Assembly (NCBI GenBank): GCA_046484105.1
Contig: JAWOBW010000048.1
Location: 1 to 32,107, forward strand
Length of the DNA stretch: 32,107 nucleotides
Origin: Bacillota bacterium
GTDB taxonomy: Bacteria; Bacillota; Sulfobacillia; SLMV01
Reading direction: 5' to 3'
Shown piece by piece: positions 1 to 8,647 of this stretch. Under the pieces are notes generated by a model. The model was not told where the DNA came from. It did no database searches and saw only the letters and a program-made list of their open reading frames with translations. Position 1 is the first letter of the stretch, and each line of letters begins with the position of its first letter. A program made the translations under genes and the position numbers.

Positions 1-179
1 CCGGGTCGGGGGACGTGCTGGCCGGGCTCATCACCGGGCTGCTGGCGCGGGGCATGGGCCCCATGCAGGCGACCGAGACAGCCGCGCATACCCCGGGGAG
101 ACATTGTCCTGAGATACAGGCGCATCTCGCCGGGTTGGCACGGGCAGTGGGCAGATCCCGAGACGTACGGAAACGGTGA
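1..179 (+). CDS. nnr: 3' end of NAD(P)H-hydrate dehydratase (YjeF_C / Carb_kinase family); the 5' part lies upstream of the window
   Basis: Frame 3 (codons from nt 3) reads GSGDVLAGLITGLLARGMGPMQATETAAH..., which matches the GxGDxLxGxIxxLLAxG C-terminal signature of this family. In-frame TGA at 177-179. It is absent from the ORF track because it has no start codon in the window. The tail after about nt 90 no longer resembles the family. Confidence 0.5.
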   Translation, partial: GSGDVLAGLITGLLARGMGPMQATETAAHTPGRHCPEIQAHLAGLARAVGRSRDVRKR

Positions 180-558
180 ATACATCCGGACAGTTGACAC
201 CCCCCTCGGTCGAGTTGCATTTCTGCTCTGTGGCGATCTCTTTGCCGTGCCGCGCTCGGAAGTGGCGCGCCTGTCAGTCGACTGGCTGCTGCTTCCCTAT
301 GCACGCTGCAGTGATGACCCGGACTACTGTCGGGGCCGCTGGGAATCAGAGGAACAGCCTCATTACGTAAGTCGGGTAGCCGAGATGGGCGTTACGACCC
401 TGATGGTAAACTACCTGTCGGACAGCAGCATCTGCCGGGGTATGTGTGGCACCTGCGGTGGTGGGGCATACGGCGGGGCAATGGTGGTGTCAGGCGGCGG
501 CAATGTATTGGCGGCAAAACCCGTAGGCGAGCCGGGGCTCCTGGTGGTTGATCTGTGA
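97..558 (+). pseudogene. Headless carbon-nitrogen hydrolase (nitrilase superfamily) fragment, C-terminal ~150 aa only
   Basis: Frame 1 reads GDIVLRYRRISPGW...EYIRTVDTPLGRVAFLLCGDLF...GGAMVVSGGGNVLAAKPVGEPGLLVVDL*. These are the YRK-like block, the catalytic-Cys block and the C-terminal block of CN hydrolases. The N-terminal ~100-130 aa, including the catalytic Glu, are missing, and upstream DNA encodes nnr in another frame. The ORF track lists only a GTG-started 247..558 piece. Confidence 0.5.
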
Positions 559-782
559 CACTGTCCCTGTTGTGCTGCTCCTGTCGAGATGAGACACGAA
601 GAGAATGAGGCAAACGAGTCCGTATCACATTGCCTGTACGCCACCCCCGCGCAGGATTTCTCCATCGCCAGAGAGCCCGAGCACCAGAGGTACGCCGGTG
701 CCCCCGTCTATCGGTGGTCCGTCCACACCCCCGAGGCAACATGACGGGAAGATGGGCGAGACTGTCACGACTGGCTAGCACC

Positions 783-1538
783 TCACGTCCCGTCTACTGA
801 TAGCTCATCGGTTGGTCGCACTGGATTGCCGCCGCTGCCCTCATCATCGAACCGCTGCGAGACGAAGCGGTAACCCACCCCCCAGACGGTCTGGATCTCC
901 CAGGATCCCCGGGGGGAGCAGCACAGCTTCCTCCTGATCCTCTTGATGTGACTGTCCACCGTTCGCTCCTCCACCGGACGGTCCAGACCCCACACCGAGT
1001 CGAGGATCACCTCCCTGGTGAAAACCCTCCCCGGCGACTGCATCAGCAACCACAGGATGTCGAACTCCCTTGCAGTCAGCGAGACTTCTCCCGCGGCATT
1101 TCGTACAACATGCTCCGACCTGTTAACATACAGGCCCGGAAATTGCAGGACCTCCCCGCAAGGGCCGCCTGATCCCGTCCGCCGCAGCACCGCCCTGACC
1201 CTCGCCACCAGCTCGTGCGGGTTGAAGGGCTTCGTCAGGTAGTCATCCGCCCCCAGTTCCAGCCCCAGTATCTTCTCGTGGTCCCCACTGCGGGCACTCA
1301 GGATGATAATCGGCGTCTCGCCCCGACTTCTGATCTGCCGGCACACCTCCCACCCGTCCCGTCCGGGCAGCATGATGTCCAGGACCAGCAGGTCCGGCCC
1401 GAGCTGATCATACTTCTCGATGGCCGCGACGCCGTCGCCGGCAACCTCCACGGCGAACCCGTCCCGCTCCAGATACATTCGCATCAGCTCCAGTATGTTC
1501 GGGTCATCGTCAACTACCAGCACGGTCCTGGACGCCAT
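783..1538 (-). CDS. OmpR/PhoB-family response regulator (receiver domain plus winged-helix DNA-binding domain)
   Basis: VLVVDDDPNILELMRMYLERDGF...LLVLDIMLPGRDGWEVCRQIR...ADDYLTKPFNPHELVARVRAVLRR plus C-terminal ...VWGVGYRF. Start chosen at ATG 1538 (MASRTVLVVDDD), preceded by GAGGAG 11 nt upstream; the ORF-track start at 1604 is probably too long. No histidine kinase gene is adjacent. Confidence 0.9.
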   Translation of the reverse strand: MASRTVLVVDDDPNILELMRMYLERDGFAVEVAGDGVAAIEKYDQLGPDLLVLDIMLPGRDGWEVCRQIRSRGETPIIILSARSGDHEKILGLELGADDYLTKPFNPHELVARVRAVLRRTGSGGPCGEVLQFPGLYVNRSEHVVRNAAGEVSLTAREFDILWLLMQSPGRVFTREVILDSVWGLDRPVEERTVDSHIKRIRRKLCCSPRGSWEIQTVWGVGYRFVSQRFDDEGSGGNPVRPTDELSVDGT

Positions 1539-1541
1539 GGA

Positions 1542-1598
1542 TTGATCAACTCCTCGGGGAGTATGATAAGGATCAATTGTGAAGATTCTGTGATCAAT
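1542..1598. repeat. Three copies of an AT-rich GATCAA(T) motif in the response-regulator leader/promoter
   Basis: TTGATCAA (palindrome) at 1542-1549 lies between the SD and the ATG of the regulator gene. GATCAAT occurs at 1571-1577 and again at 1592-1598, which on the gene strand is ATTGATC repeated 21 bp apart. An AT-rich motif recurring within 57 bp of a GC-rich genome is unlikely by chance. Confidence 0.4.
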
Positions 1599-1764
1599 GC
1601 GCATTCCCCTCGCCCGCCAGCAGGTTCCCTTTCACCGCCGTGGCACACCGGCGGGACGATCTCCGGCCACCGATATTGACAACTGCAGGGCGCGGGTGCA
1701 GGATTGACGGTCCCGGCAGAGAATTCAGCTGAGACGTCGCATCTGGGCGGGAGCGTGAGGCCGA

Positions 1765-2634
1765 GTGAGGCAGATCTGCAACTACAGAGATGACACCCAC
1801 TACAGGCACAGCTTCAACCGCCTGGCCCACCAGGTCTTCAACATGGGCTTCGAGGAGTGGTACGAGGGCGGCTTCTGGGACGACCGCTATATCCCCCATT
1901 CTTACGCAGACGGAGGCGAGGTGGTGGCCAATGTATCCCTGAACGTGATGGATGTGATCCTGAACGGTCGTCCGCACCGGGCGGCGCAGCTGGGGACGAT
2001 CATGACTCATCCGAATTACCGACGCCGCGGCCTGGCCGGAGAGCTGATCCGCAGCCTGCTGAAAGACTGCAGCGGATACGAGCTGATCTACGTCATCGGA
2101 GATCGGCAGCTCCGCGACTACTACCCGCGGTTCGGATTCCGCCCGCTGGCCGAAACCCGCTTCATCCTCCCGGTCGAGGGCAGACGATGCGGCGACACCT
2201 CCCTCCGACGATTGAACACCTCGGATCCGCGCGACCTCGATCTGATTCACAGACTCGCCAGAATGCGCAGGCCCATCTCCCGCGTCTTTGGCGTCGACAA
2301 TGCAGAGGGCATTCTGATGTGGTACTGCTTCAACGTACTCAGCGACTGCTTTCACTACTGGGAGGAGAGGGACACCATCGTCGTGTTCAGACGGGAGGGT
2401 AGCACGGTCCACCTTTTCGACGTCATCGGCGCCGATCGAATCACCTTCGATCAACTGCTCCCGCACGTGACTGACTGGGACACCGAGAAGATGGTCTTTC
2501 ACTTCACCCCGGACCGCCTCGATGTCCGGGCGGAGACTCGCCCGCTGGAGGGCGACGACATCCTCTTCGTCACAGGCGGGGCCCGGTGGGAATCGTTGCG
2601 GGAATTCAAACATCCCACCACAGCGCAGGCGTGA
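1765..2634 (+). CDS. GNAT-family N-acetyltransferase (two-domain, Eis-like architecture)
   Basis: LGTIMTHPNYRRRGLAGELIRSLL...DYYPRFGF is the acetyl-CoA binding R-x-x-G-x-A motif in a GNAT context. 289 aa with a GTG start. The antisense ORF 1594..2688 is judged an artefact. Confidence 0.75.
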   Translation: MRQICNYRDDTHYRHSFNRLAHQVFNMGFEEWYEGGFWDDRYIPHSYADGGEVVANVSLNVMDVILNGRPHRAAQLGTIMTHPNYRRRGLAGELIRSLLKDCSGYELIYVIGDRQLRDYYPRFGFRPLAETRFILPVEGRRCGDTSLRRLNTSDPRDLDLIHRLARMRRPISRVFGVDNAEGILMWYCFNVLSDCFHYWEERDTIVVFRREGSTVHLFDVIGADRITFDQLLPHVTDWDTEKMVFHFTPDRLDVRAETRPLEGDDILFVTGGARWESLREFKHPTTAQA

Positions 2635-2782
2635 GGCGCCAGGGCGGGCATCGCCACCCACGCCGGCAAACACACCCCGTTGCCCCATCCGGGCCGGTAC
2701 GGCGTCGATGCTCAGAACCCGATGGCAGACGGGGGACCAATCTCAAGCCGGGACCGCACACGCGGCGCAACGAGGAGGGAGG

Positions 2783-3274
2783 ATGGTAGCTGTGAAAACA
2801 CTGATAGCCTATGCCAGCACCCGAGGATGCACAAGAGAGGCCGCCGAACTGCTGCAGGATCATCTCGACGGGGCGGTGATGGCAGATCTTAGGAAAAGTC
2901 CCCGGCCGGACCTGGGCGCATTTGACACAGTCGTCGTCGGTGGGTCAATACGCATGGGCAGGATTCAGCGGCAGGTGACGGACTTCTGCCGCGCCAATAT
3001 CGACGCCCTGCAGAAGAAAAGGCTCGGTCTTTACATCTGCTGCATGGCGGAGGGTGAGGACGCCGAGGACGAGTTCGAAACCGCCTACCCCGAGGAACTG
3101 CGCGAAAGCGCGGTCGCGAAGGGATTGTTCGGTGGGCAGTTCATATTCTCAAAGATGAACTTCATTGAGCGAATAATCGTAAAAAAGGCCGCGAAGGTCT
3201 CGGAGGACGTGTCCACCCTGAACCCCGCGGCCATCGCCGAATTCGCCGAGAAGCTGTCGTCCCAGCCGGACTGA
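2783..3274 (+). CDS. Flavodoxin-domain protein (HemG-like / Flavodoxin_5-type)
   Basis: MVAVKTLIAYASTRGCTREAAELLQDHL...FDTVVVGGSIRMGRI... has the typical flavodoxin-like N-terminus. ATG 2783 sits directly after GAGGAGGGAGG; GTG 2792 is an alternative start. The ORF-track start at 2522 gives an implausible R/P-rich extension. Confidence 0.7.
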   Translation: MVAVKTLIAYASTRGCTREAAELLQDHLDGAVMADLRKSPRPDLGAFDTVVVGGSIRMGRIQRQVTDFCRANIDALQKKRLGLYICCMAEGEDAEDEFETAYPEELRESAVAKGLFGGQFIFSKMNFIERIIVKKAAKVSEDVSTLNPAAIAEFAEKLSSQPD

Positions 3275-3379
3275 CTCTTCCTCTCACGCGCCGGCCCCGC
3301 CACGATGCGGGGGGCGGCAGGAATCTGTGGCCATCTGTGTAAGTGGATCATGATAAGGCCCGTTTAGGAGGTATTCGTT

Positions 3380-4348
3380 GTGACGAGACTTCATCTATTC
3401 CCCGAGGATCGCATCCATCACACGTGGAACAGAGACCTTGAGCCGGCCCTGGAAATTGACCCCGGTGACACCGTGTTCTACGAGACCCGCGAGGCGACGA
3501 ACAACCAGATAACGCCGCAGTCCACCACGGACTCCCTGTCCGGTCTGGACTGGGCATCCTTCTACCCGCTGGCCGGCCCACTTTACGTCAGGGGCGCCCG
3601 GCCGGGTGACACCCTGGCAGTCGATGTGCTGGATGTACAGCATCGCGGGTGGGGGTGGACGGCAATCCTGCCCGGGTTTGGCGTCCTGGCGGACGAGTTC
3701 ACCGATCCGTATCTGCGCACCTGGGAGGTGCTCGACCCCAGCTTCGCTCACATGAACGACTTCGTGCGGGTACCCCTCGCCCCCTTTGCCGGCACCATGG
3801 GCTGCGCCGCTGCCGAAGAGGGCGACCTGGAACCCATGCCCCCGCGCCACGTGGGCGGCAATATGGACGCCCGGCACACGACAGCCGGGAGCACCCTGTA
3901 TCTGCCGGTGGAGGTCCCCGGCGGCCTCTTCTCCATCGGCGACGGGCATCTCGCCCAGGGAGACGGCGAGGTGTGCGTGTCGGCCATCGAGGGCCCCCTG
4001 GGAATCCTCTGTCAGTTCGACGTGATCAGGGGGCAACGGCTGCCGGCCCCGGAAATCGAAACGCCGCCCGGCTCGCTGACTCCCTTCGGTGACCGGGAGG
4101 GATTCTTCGTCACCATGGGGGTGGCTGATGACCTGATGACCGCCACCCGGGACGCGGTGCGCAACATGGTGAGTCGCCTGGGAACCCTCTACGGCCTCTC
4201 CCCCGAGGATGCCTACGTGCTGGCGAGTGTGGCCGCGGACCTGAAGATCACCGAGGTAGTCGATCCCAACTGGATCGTCTCCCTGTACATGCCCAGGGCG
4301 GCATTCCTGAAGGAACCGGATAGGCCGGGCAGGCTCTCCGCCCGGTGA
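3380..4348 (+). CDS. Acetamidase/formamidase family protein (FmdA_AmdA)
   Basis: Block by block: HHTWNRDLEPALEIDPGDTVFYETREA, then YPLAGPLYVRGARPGDTLAVDVLDV, then GGNMDARHTTAGSTLYLPVEVPGGLFSIGDGHLAQGDGEV. AGGAGG lies 8 nt before GTG 3380. Confidence 0.85.
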   Translation: MTRLHLFPEDRIHHTWNRDLEPALEIDPGDTVFYETREATNNQITPQSTTDSLSGLDWASFYPLAGPLYVRGARPGDTLAVDVLDVQHRGWGWTAILPGFGVLADEFTDPYLRTWEVLDPSFAHMNDFVRVPLAPFAGTMGCAAAEEGDLEPMPPRHVGGNMDARHTTAGSTLYLPVEVPGGLFSIGDGHLAQGDGEVCVSAIEGPLGILCQFDVIRGQRLPAPEIETPPGSLTPFGDREGFFVTMGVADDLMTATRDAVRNMVSRLGTLYGLSPEDAYVLASVAADLKITEVVDPNWIVSLYMPRAAFLKEPDRPGRLSAR

Positions 4349-4374
4349 CGCAAACTCCTGACCTCAACGGACCC

Positions 4375-4411
4375 CGGGGCAGATGATGGAGTTCAACCAT
4401 CATCTGCCCCG
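4375..4411. terminator. Bidirectional terminator-like hairpin between convergent formamidase and fxsA
   Basis: Perfect inverted repeat GGGGCAGATGATGG (4376-4389) / CCATCATCTGCCCC (4397-4410) with a 7-nt loop, plus one extra flanking C:G pair. No U-tract on either side. Confidence 0.55.
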
Positions 4412-4437
4412 CACACTGCACTCTGGCCGCGCCCCTT

Positions 4438-4821
4438 TTAGAAGCTGTGCATTATGAAATGCTCCACCCGGCGCGCGATCCAGTTCCTCAGCTGCCGGCG
4501 GCTGGGCGGCATCAGGCAGGCAAAGCCGACCAGGTCGGTCATCAGGCCCGGGGTCAGAAGCAGCAATCCGCCCGCCACGACCAGGCCCGCTTCCAGCAGG
4601 CTCCCCGAGGGAATCTGGCCGCCGGAGACCTCCAGCCTGATGCGCCGGAAGACGGCGGTCCCCTCCCGTGAGGCCATGAAGGCGCCGACGATCCCGGTCA
4701 GAACCACCAGGCCGACAGTCCGCCACGTCCCTATGTACTTGCCAATCTCGAGCAGCAGTGCCAGCTCAGCCAGGGGTATCAGCGTGAGCAGGGCCAACAG
4801 TCGCCAGAACATCAATATCAC
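4438..4821 (-). CDS. fxsA: FxsA-family cytoplasmic membrane protein
   Basis: LLALLTLIPLAELALLLEIGKYIGTWRTVGLVVLTGIVGAFMAS...LLLLTPGLMTDLVGFACLMPPSRR is the FxsA signature (...TPGfiTD..G...L.P..R). It starts 6 nt after the dnaE stop. The start is ambiguous (GTG 4821, TTG 4815 or ATG 4812) and no good SD is present. Confidence 0.8.
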   Translation of the reverse strand: MILMFWRLLALLTLIPLAELALLLEIGKYIGTWRTVGLVVLTGIVGAFMASREGTAVFRRIRLEVSGGQIPSGSLLEAGLVVAGGLLLLTPGLMTDLVGFACLMPPSRRQLRNWIARRVEHFIMHSF

Positions 4822-4827
4822 GCACTT

Positions 4828-7800
4828 TCAGGATGCGGATTCCCTCGCCGGGGGAAGGTATAGAATCGAACCCTCCCCGAGGATCCTCTCGAGCGAGCTG
4901 ATGAATCTCTCGCTCGGAGCCACCCGGTAGCCATCCCCGGCGAGGATGACGCAATCCATCTCCTCCAGACACAGGTAGACTGGGGCATCTCCGACGTGCT
5001 GTTTCAACAGGTACCTGACCTGTTCCAGCTTCTCCACGTCAGTGCTGACGTGAATGTACACCTTGCCCGTGCTGTTCGGGCGCCGGACTCCCTCCGCCAC
5101 CACGCTGACGTCATCATCGCGGTGGGAGACCCTGCCGGTGATCAGCAGCACCTCCTCCTCCTGCAGGAGGTCCGTGCACTGGGAGAACAGCGACGGAAAG
5201 ACCACCACCTCGACCTGCCCCGCCAGGTCCTCGAGGGTGACGAAGGCCATGGTCTCGCCCTTCCGGGTGAGAATGCGCGACTGAGACACCACCAGCCCGC
5301 TTACCGTCACCCGGGCATCCGCCGCCATGTCCTGCAGCTCAGCAGTTGTGGCCGTAGTCTCGAGCGGCAGGATGTCGGCCCACTCATCCAGAGGATGTCC
5401 GGAAAGGTAGACGCCGAGCACTTCTCTTTCCAGGGCGAGCTGTTCCAGGGGCTTGAGCGGATCGGCCTCAGGCAGGGCGCCATCCGACGGCTCGGGGACA
5501 TCCAGCCCGGCGCTCTTGCCCATGTCGAAGATGGACACCTGCCCCGTGTCCCGGTGTCGCTGCCGACTCACCGCGGAAGAGAGAACGGCGTCATGCGCGC
5601 GCAGCAGCCGCGCACGGTTGGGCTCCATCGAGTCAAAGGCGCCGGCCATTATCATGCACTCAAGTGCCCGCTTGTTCAACATCCGCGCGTCAATCCTGTC
5701 GCAGAAGCTGTGGAAGCTCTCGAAGGGACCGTTCTCCGAACGTTCGGCGGTTATGGAATCGATCACCGCCCGCCCCAGGTTCTTGATCGCCGCCAATCCG
5801 AAGAGAATACTGTCCCCGTCGACAGTGAAGTTGGCATAGCTGCGGTTGATGTCGGGCGGCAACACGTCGATCCCCATCCTGCGACACTCGGCAATATAGC
5901 GGGCCACCTTGTCGCCATCATTCATGACACTGGTCATGAGCGCGGCCATGAAGGGGACGGGGTAGTTGGCCTTGAGATATGCGGTCTGGTAGGCCAGCAG
6001 GGCGTACGGCGCGGTGTGGCCGCGATTGAAGCCGTAGTCGGCGAACTTCTCAATGAACCCGAACAGCTTCAGGGCCAGCTCCCGGCTGTGTCCCTTCTCC
6101 ATGCATCCCTCGACGAAGCTCTGTCTCATCGACTCCAGGACCTCGGGCTTCTTCTTTCCCATCGCCCTGCGGAGAATGTCCGACTGCCCCAGGCTGAAGC
6201 CGGCCATGGTGGAGGCCACCTGCATCACCTGCTCCTGGTACACCATGATCCCGTAGGTATCCTTCAGGATGGGCTCCAGGTCAGGGTGCAGGTACTCTAT
6301 GTCCCCAGGGTGGTGCCGGTTGTGAACGAAGGTGGGAATGTTCTCCATAGGACCGGGCCGGAACAGCGCCACCGCGGCTATGACGTCCTCGAAACCGGAG
6401 GGTATCAGCTCGCGCAGCAGGTCGCGCATACCCTCCGATTCCAGCTGGAAGACTCCATCGGTATCGCCCCGGGCGATGAGGGCCAGGGTCTGTTCGTCAT
6501 CCATGGGGATGTCCTCGAGGCAGAAGCTGTCACCTCCCGTCTTGCGGATGATGGACACGGTCTCGTCGATGACGGTCAGGGTCCTGAGACCGAGGAAATC
6601 CATCTTCAGCAGTCCCAGGTCCTCCAGGACTCCCATGGGAAACTGGGTGACGATGGATCCGTCGCCCATCCGCCGCAGCGGGACATACTCCCACAGCGGG
6701 CGCTCGGTTATCACCACGCCCGCGGCGTGGGTGGAGGCATGCCTCGGCATGCCCTCCAGGGCGGTGGCGATGTCCACCATGGTCCTGATGGTGGCATCTT
6801 CCTCGTAGGCGCTGTTCAGCTCCGGGGACTGCTTCAGCGAGTCCTCCAGGCTGATGCCCAGCTGGTTGGGCACCAGCTTGGCCAACGTATCCACCGTGCT
6901 GTGGGGTATATTGAGGGCGCGACCGACGTCCCTGAGCACCGCCCGGGCGGCCATGGTCCCGAAGGTGACGATCTGGGCGACGCACGACTCGCCGTACTTG
7001 TTCACCACGTAGTCGATCACCTCGTCGCGGCGTTCGTAGCAGAAGTCGATGTCGATGTCGGGCATGGTGACGCGTTCCGGATTCAGGAAGCGCTCAAAGA
7101 CCAGGTTATACTCAATGGGATCGATATTGGTGATGCCCAACAGATAGGAGACCAGGCTCGACGCGGCCGAACCCCGCCCCGGTCCCACTGAGATTCCCTG
7201 CTCGCGGGCGAACCTGACGAAGTCCCACACGATGAGGAAGTAGCTGCTGTATCCCATCCGATCGATCATGTCCAGCTCGTACTCCAGGCGCTTCCGGATC
7301 TTCTCGTCGGGCCCGGAATAGCGCCGCCGCAGGCCCTCCTCGCACAGGGTTGCCATGTACTCGCGGGCACTGTCATACTCCCCGGGTATTTCGAAGTCGG
7401 GCAGGTGCAGCTGGGAGAAGTCAAACTCCAGCTGGCAGCGCTCCGCGATCCTCACCGTGTTCTCCACGGCCTCCGGGCAATGCTCGAAGAGATCCGCCAT
7501 CTCCTGCGGCGACTTCAAGTAGAACTCATCATTGGGAAACTGCAGGCGGTTCGCATCCTCGGTGGTCTTGCCGGTCTGAATGCACAGAAGCACGTCGTGG
7601 GCGACGGCATCCTCCCGCACCAGGTAGTGAGTGTCGTTCGTGGCCACGACTCCTATGTCCAGCTCGGCGGCCAGCTGGAGGAGCCCCTCATTGACCTTGC
7701 TCTCATCGTCCAGGCCGTGATCCTGCAGCTCCAGGAAGAAATTGTCGGGTCCGAAGGTGTCGCGGTACCAAAGGGCGATCTCCCGGGCGCGATCCAAATT

Positions 7801-8244
7801 CCCCTGCAGGATTGACCGGGGAATCTCACCCGCGACGCACCCCGAGAGGGCGATCAGTCCCCCGGACAGCTCCTCCAGCAGCTCCCTGTCACAGCGAGGC
7901 TTGTAATACAGTCCCTCAGTGTAGGCCCGCGACACCAGTTTGAGCAAATTGCGGTAGCCGGTCTCGTTCTCGGCGAGGAGCACCAGGTGATACGGATCAT
8001 CGTCCCTCCCGGCCTCGCGGTCGAACCGGGTTCTCTTGGCCACGTATACCTCGCAACCGATTACCGGGTTGATTCCCGCCTCCCGCGCCTTCCGGTAGAA
8101 GTCGATCACCCCGTACATCACTCCGTGATCCGTGATGGCCAGGTGCTCCATACCCATTTCCCGGGCCCTCTCGATCATGTCATCCAGACGGCATGCACCG
8201 TCGAGAAGGCTGTACCCGGTGTGATTGTGCAGATGAGCAAACAT
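4828..8244 (-). CDS. dnaE: DNA polymerase III alpha subunit
   Basis: 1138 aa. N-terminal PHP domain MFAHLHNHTGYSLLDGA...AITDHGVMYG; polymerase core ...PDIDIDF...; C-terminal OB-fold region. Confidence 0.97.
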   Translation of the reverse strand: MFAHLHNHTGYSLLDGACRLDDMIERAREMGMEHLAITDHGVMYGVIDFYRKAREAGINPVIGCEVYVAKRTRFDREAGRDDDPYHLVLLAENETGYRNLLKLVSRAYTEGLYYKPRCDRELLEELSGGLIALSGCVAGEIPRSILQGNLDRAREIALWYRDTFGPDNFFLELQDHGLDDESKVNEGLLQLAAELDIGVVATNDTHYLVREDAVAHDVLLCIQTGKTTEDANRLQFPNDEFYLKSPQEMADLFEHCPEAVENTVRIAERCQLEFDFSQLHLPDFEIPGEYDSAREYMATLCEEGLRRRYSGPDEKIRKRLEYELDMIDRMGYSSYFLIVWDFVRFAREQGISVGPGRGSAASSLVSYLLGITNIDPIEYNLVFERFLNPERVTMPDIDIDFCYERRDEVIDYVVNKYGESCVAQIVTFGTMAARAVLRDVGRALNIPHSTVDTLAKLVPNQLGISLEDSLKQSPELNSAYEEDATIRTMVDIATALEGMPRHASTHAAGVVITERPLWEYVPLRRMGDGSIVTQFPMGVLEDLGLLKMDFLGLRTLTVIDETVSIIRKTGGDSFCLEDIPMDDEQTLALIARGDTDGVFQLESEGMRDLLRELIPSGFEDVIAAVALFRPGPMENIPTFVHNRHHPGDIEYLHPDLEPILKDTYGIMVYQEQVMQVASTMAGFSLGQSDILRRAMGKKKPEVLESMRQSFVEGCMEKGHSRELALKLFGFIEKFADYGFNRGHTAPYALLAYQTAYLKANYPVPFMAALMTSVMNDGDKVARYIAECRRMGIDVLPPDINRSYANFTVDGDSILFGLAAIKNLGRAVIDSITAERSENGPFESFHSFCDRIDARMLNKRALECMIMAGAFDSMEPNRARLLRAHDAVLSSAVSRQRHRDTGQVSIFDMGKSAGLDVPEPSDGALPEADPLKPLEQLALEREVLGVYLSGHPLDEWADILPLETTATTAELQDMAADARVTVSGLVVSQSRILTRKGETMAFVTLEDLAGQVEVVVFPSLFSQCTDLLQEEEVLLITGRVSHRDDDVSVVAEGVRRPNSTGKVYIHVSTDVEKLEQVRYLLKQHVGDAPVYLCLEEMDCVILAGDGYRVAPSERFISSLERILGEGSILYLPPARESAS

Positions 8245-8323
8245 GATATCCTCTCCCAGCCCGTTATGCAGGTATGAAATGAATCGGCCGGCGCATACTC
8301 ATTGACCGTCAGGAGGACTGTCA

Positions 8324-8647
8324 ATGCTGACCGATTTCCTTCCGCAACTGATTCTCTGCATCTGCATCTCCCTCGGCATGATCATCGGGGGATCCTTCCT
8401 GGGATCCCTGGGCGCGCTCATATGCGGGGGGCACCCGGCCACAACGATGCTGGACCTGGCCCAGCGCCTCAAGATATGGGCTGCCGTCGCCTCCCTCGGA
8501 GGCACCTTCTCCACCATCCGCGTGATCGAGTCCATGCTCTGGGAGCGGCAGCTCGCCGTCCTCATCCAGCAGATCTCCCTGGTGGTGGCCGCCTTCGGGG
8601 CCGCCCACATTGGGTATCTCCTCGTCCTCTGGACGGTGACACCTTGA
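8324..8647 (+). CDS. ytrH: Sporulation membrane protein YtrH family
   Basis: 107-aa multi-TM protein (ICISLGMIIGGSFLGSLGALICGGHP...LKIWAAVASLGGTFSTIRVIE...). It is divergent from dnaE, as ytrH is in Bacillus subtilis. AGGAGG lies 8 nt before the ATG. Confidence 0.7.
   Translation: MLTDFLPQLILCICISLGMIIGGSFLGSLGALICGGHPATTMLDLAQRLKIWAAVASLGGTFSTIRVIESMLWERQLAVLIQQISLVVAAFGAAHIGYLLVLWTVTP

Noticed and set aside
589-744. 51-aa ORF (MRHEENEANESVSHCLYATPAQDFSIAREPEHQRYAGAPVYRWSVHTPEAT) in the 224-nt gap between the CN-hydrolase remnant and the response-regulator gene.
   Set aside because: It has no SD upstream of the ATG and no recognisable motif, and it is too short to judge codon bias. It may be further debris of the deleted or decayed locus rather than a gene.
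4996-7191. 731-aa ORF on the plus strand, antisense to dnaE. Similar long antisense or alternative-frame ORFs occur at 1594..2688(-), 3395..4036(-), 9120..9728(+), 9790..10503(+), 11708..12526(+), 13590..14279(-), 15710..16609(+), 19774..20409(-), 21373..21996(+), 24156..24845(+), 26221..27852(+), 29031..29699(+), 29763..30398(+), 30178..30972(+) and 31541..32104(+).
   Set aside because: Each lies opposite, or out of frame with, a gene that has clear family motifs. Their translations are Arg/Pro/Gly/His-rich and low-complexity with no recognisable motifs. Long stop-free antisense frames are an expected by-product of GC-rich codon usage.
4828-8244. Possibility of inteins or homing-endonuclease insertions in dnaE (and in nrdJ, 25783..28326), both frequent intein hosts.
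   Set aside because: Both proteins have normal lengths (1138 and 847 aa). Conserved blocks are contiguous, with no Cys/Ser...HN-Cys/Ser/Thr splice-junction insert visible.
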